Below, one piece after another: positions 60,737 through 64,000 of a stretch of 64,000 bases of DNA. How positions within the stretch are numbered: position 1 is the stretch's first letter; each line of letters starts with the position of its first letter. The notes beneath the pieces are model-generated. The model had not been told where the DNA came from and ran no database searches. It saw only the letters and a program-made list of their open reading frames with translations. The translations under genes were made by a program, and so were the position numbers. Source of the DNA: Psilocybe cubensis (Eukaryota). The stretch is taken from the NCBI GenBank assembly GCA_017499595.2, contig CM039006.1, forward strand, positions 1,426,001-1,490,000, given 5' to 3'.

Positions 60737-61414
60737 ATGCGACCAGAGCTGTTCTACTGTATTCCTCTATTGGGAGTCGTCTTTGCAAACCCTTCAATCA
60801 GCGCCCCTCCCAAGTCAACAAAGACCGTTGTTAGCGTTCAGAGTACGTACAAAATAGCAGGATAACTTTACGCCTGGAATTTGCGGCTTATACCAATCTT
60901 CAGAGCTTAAGGCGATGAACACCAACAAAACCGAGTTTAGTCAAGATTCGGCAAGCGACACCATTGACCTATCGAATGCTCCATCTACGTATTTCTGCTC
61001 GGGAGTAGCTGGATATGGGCCCCTTATCCAGGATTGCAACAACATAATCCTGGAAACATTCTGGAGCGATGCCCCAATAACCTTCGGACCGGAAACTGTG
61101 ACATCTTACACAAGTACCGTGTCAGCGACCTGCGCCATTGATGTGTAGGCGCCGAACATTATTGTGCACCCAGTATATTACTAACAATCAACCGTAACAG
61201 CTATAATTACTCAGTAGATGTCGTCACAATCTCTGGTGAGTGCTAGTGTGAAAGCGAGAATAACCGAGTGCACTGACTCTTTTGACTAGGGACCAGCATT
61301 GAAGGTCTCGTCAACTTTCTTGTTGCTACATGCGGCAATGATCAGGGGTTTGCCGAAGGGACTGTCTGGTACAACAACTTTGAGCAGGTAGAGATAGATG
61401 TGCGCCATGCATGA
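60737..61414 (+). CDS. Small secreted cysteine-containing protein
   Basis: Signal-peptide-like MRPELFYCIPLLGVVFA; exons give YFCSG..GP..QDCNNII...TCAI...ATCG; three introns; TATAAAG at ~60679. Confidence 0.72.
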
Positions 61415-61944
61415 ACCCAGAGAACATTTTGATTTCAAAGATATCCAAGTGTTGAGTTTGAGGCTCTGACCAAATTATAGGACGACAGCGTTACCTTAGT
61501 GTGTGGATATACACGTGTACGGGGGGCGATGTTCAAAATATGATTTATGCATGCTAGCAAGGTTGGAGGTGACCTGGTGCTAGGGATCTTGAATCCTCCA
61601 AAGAAATTCCGTCTCTGCCGAACGGTGGGTTAAGTCTATTCCTCGAATCTCGAACGCTGGTTGGCATTCGGTTCATGGTGGTCAATGTTATAAGTAGCTG
61701 CACATTGCGCAGACGTGGTGTTACGCGCATCGTAGATTTAAAGAATATGTGAGATAGAGCTCTGGTAGTTAGGTCGAACCCGGGGAGAAACTTGTTGGGT
61801 GGAGTACGGGGTCACAACTGACGATCGTGGTGGGGTGGGAGTCGAGACAAAGCGAAACAGAAACAAGTCGAAAGAAAAAGGGAAGGCAATGAGCTGGCAT
61901 GAGCCCTCCGCAGAGCTCCCCCCAACCTCGACGTCACATAAAGC

Positions 61945-63040
61945 GTGACAGCGTCTGCTGCTCTGCGCGAGCGTGTCCGAAGACCTGCCCTGCTCAAGAG
62001 GCTGATGACCGCAGAAGAGTTGGCCCCTCTTTTCAATGTATGTTATGTGTTACTTGAATGTCTGTCATCTCATGTTCTGACGATGTTTTCGTACTGAACG
62101 ATGATTATGTTTGTACAGCTACTCTCTGATGCTTTGTCTTACATCTCAGACAAGTGTTATTCTGCGAACAGATTGGATGGTCTGGCTTCACGGGTGTTGG
62201 ATACCCCAAGACCGTTCCAACTGTACGTGTTTCCACCATCACTACCTGAGGCAATTCAAGTGATATCGTGTCATTTTCCAGGCCATCGCAAACCATATAG
62301 AAGCGAACAACCTACAAGACGATCCTGCCACCAAGAAAAAGTTCAACCTTTTCGTAGGAGCCAGTGTTGGCCCTGAAGTGGAGGACAGATGGGCGAGACT
62401 CAATATGTACGCTTCGTCTTTACAACCACACGTTATGGTTAACATGTATACACGTTTAGGATCGCGCGGCGGTACCCCCATCAGGTTGGAAAAGACATAG
62501 CAAAGGGAATCAATGCTGGAAGGATTGAGTTTGCAGATAAACACTTGTCCAGTGCGTCTCCTTTCTCCGACACCCCACTCACTTCCATTCCCAATGAACC
62601 AATAGTGTTCCCACAAGATCTCACATACGGCTACTACTCCCTCCGCCGCAATCACGGAGACCCATCCAAGCCTCTAGACTGGGCCATCATCGAAGCGACC
62701 GCCATTACTGAAGAGGGAGGTATCGTCCCCGGTGCGTCGGTGGGCGCGACACCCGAGATTCTGCAGAGCGCGGAGAAGATCATTATCGAAGTCAACACTC
62801 GCATTCCTAACCTCGAGGGTCTGCATGATATCAACCAGAGCTTTTTGCCCCCTCACAGACAGCCTTATGTATGTCTCTCCGGGTCCCATCAATTTATGGA
62901 AGTTTGCTGAATGGGCGTTTGCAGTTGATCAAGCACCCGCAAGATCGCATTGGGAATACTTTTATCCCTATTGACCCAGACCGTGTCATTGCGATTGTCG
63001 AGTCCAATCATCCCGATAACCGGCCAAAATTCTCCAGAGG
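61945..63040 (+). pseudogene. ACH1: Acetyl-CoA hydrolase/CoA-transferase, 5' part only
   Basis: [61 protein letters not shown] and KIIIEVN. GTG sits where ATG is expected, there is an apparent frameshift at ~63020, and no C-terminal exons follow. Confidence 0.82.
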
Positions 63041-63438
63041 TCAGTCATTTTGGTCCAATTTCCTGACTGCAGTCTTAATGTATCACACATCAATCCAAGC
63101 TTCTTTTATGATCATATCGGTGTATGCAAATCTCAATTTCCTTTTCAAAAGCCACGGAAAGCCGCGCGCGTCCTCTCACACTTGTGTACATCGGCGAAAC
63201 ACGAAAACCGACGCGTAGAACCGGCTGGATTGGGAGAGGCACTCGGCACAACCACCTACACAGTGCACGCGCTCGTTCAACTTGGATCGCGTGTCCAATT
63301 GGTCTCTGCGGCAGAGGGGTCAGGTTTGGGGGGCGGGAGTCGTGCACGACGCGAAGAAATGGTGGTGGTGGTGATGAGCGCGTCAGGCGACATCGACGTG
63401 GTGTGATGTTCAGGGGTGCGTCAGTCATCACTGTCTCT

Positions 63439-63999
63439 TCATTCAAAACACCAATACTCACCTTGATAATTTCCAAACCCTTTCCTTCCTTCTCCCCCCT
63501 CCCTCCTCTGCTCGTCGTCGTGCTCTACAGCGAAGAAAGGTGAGGAACACGAACTTACCTGGCAGCACCGCGGACGCTGAGAGAACGAAGCCTTCCCCCC
63601 AATCGCATCCTTGACCATGGTATAACTTTCCCCCATTATCTTTGCAATCACATCCTCAGATCCAATAGCCGCCAAAAAATTCTTCGCCACCTTCCGCCTT
63701 TCCAGCCACGTTGCGGCCAACACCACCTCCGGGGTTTTGACTAACTTAACGCTCATCGGGCGTGTTGTCCGCATGATTTCAACCGTGCAGAATGCTCTTT
63801 CAAGTTTCAAATTTTGCAAAACGTGTTCTCGGCAGACAGGATCCAGCTTGGGCATGACGATCTCGCTGCAATTTGGGTCCCGATAGAACACATCCACGGT
63901 GTAGCACTCTGTGCAATTGTCGCACCCAAAACGCTCCGATATAATATGCACGGCACATCCCTTGGATTTCAAGATATTCGCGAGGTACATGCCGACCAC
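63439..63999 (-). CDS. Partial hypothetical ORF running in from the window edge
   Basis: Open frame of 186 codons with a splice-donor-like site near 63558; no family recognised. Confidence 0.35.
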   Translation of the reverse strand: MVGMYLANILKSKGCAVHIISERFGCDNCTECYTVDVFYRDPNCSEIVMPKLDPVCREHVLQNLKLERAFCTVEIMRTTRPMSVKLVKTPEVVLAATWLERRKVAKNFLAAIGSEDVIAKIMGESYTMVKDAIGGKASFSQRPRCCQVSSCSSPFFAVEHDDEQRREGGEGRKGFGNYQGEYWCFE

Positions 64000-64000
64000 G

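Overview
Intron-rich fungal genomic DNA; gene families and intron style point to an agaricomycete (mushroom-forming basidiomycete). Bases 1-16.1 kb are a transposon nest: a Plavaka-type element with three decaying genes, a 5'-truncated non-LTR retrotransposon, a KDZ-type accessory gene remnant and a gene fragment fused to a partial Bbc1-like gene. Bases 18.5-52 kb are mostly ordinary genes: TRIR-like, FunK1 kinase, bestrophin, FluG/GS-like, three F-box-like genes, an intronless GH54 arabinofuranosidase, mL57, an FHA protein and an aldo-keto reductase. Two CACTG...CAGTG elements with target-site duplications are present. One is a 666-bp foldback MITE. The other is a 7.9-kb element with ~638-bp inverted repeats and a higher-order 109/120-bp satellite, lying between two divergent small secreted protein genes. 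The most unusual signal is in the Plavaka element: each of its three genes is preceded by a tandem array of hairpins. In two arrays the loop (GCAATGAGCCT) is invariant while the stems vary, with compensatory changes in the first array, and almost all imperfect pairs are G-T wobbles on the + strand. Family assignments are from motif recognition, not database searches, and exon boundaries are approximate.
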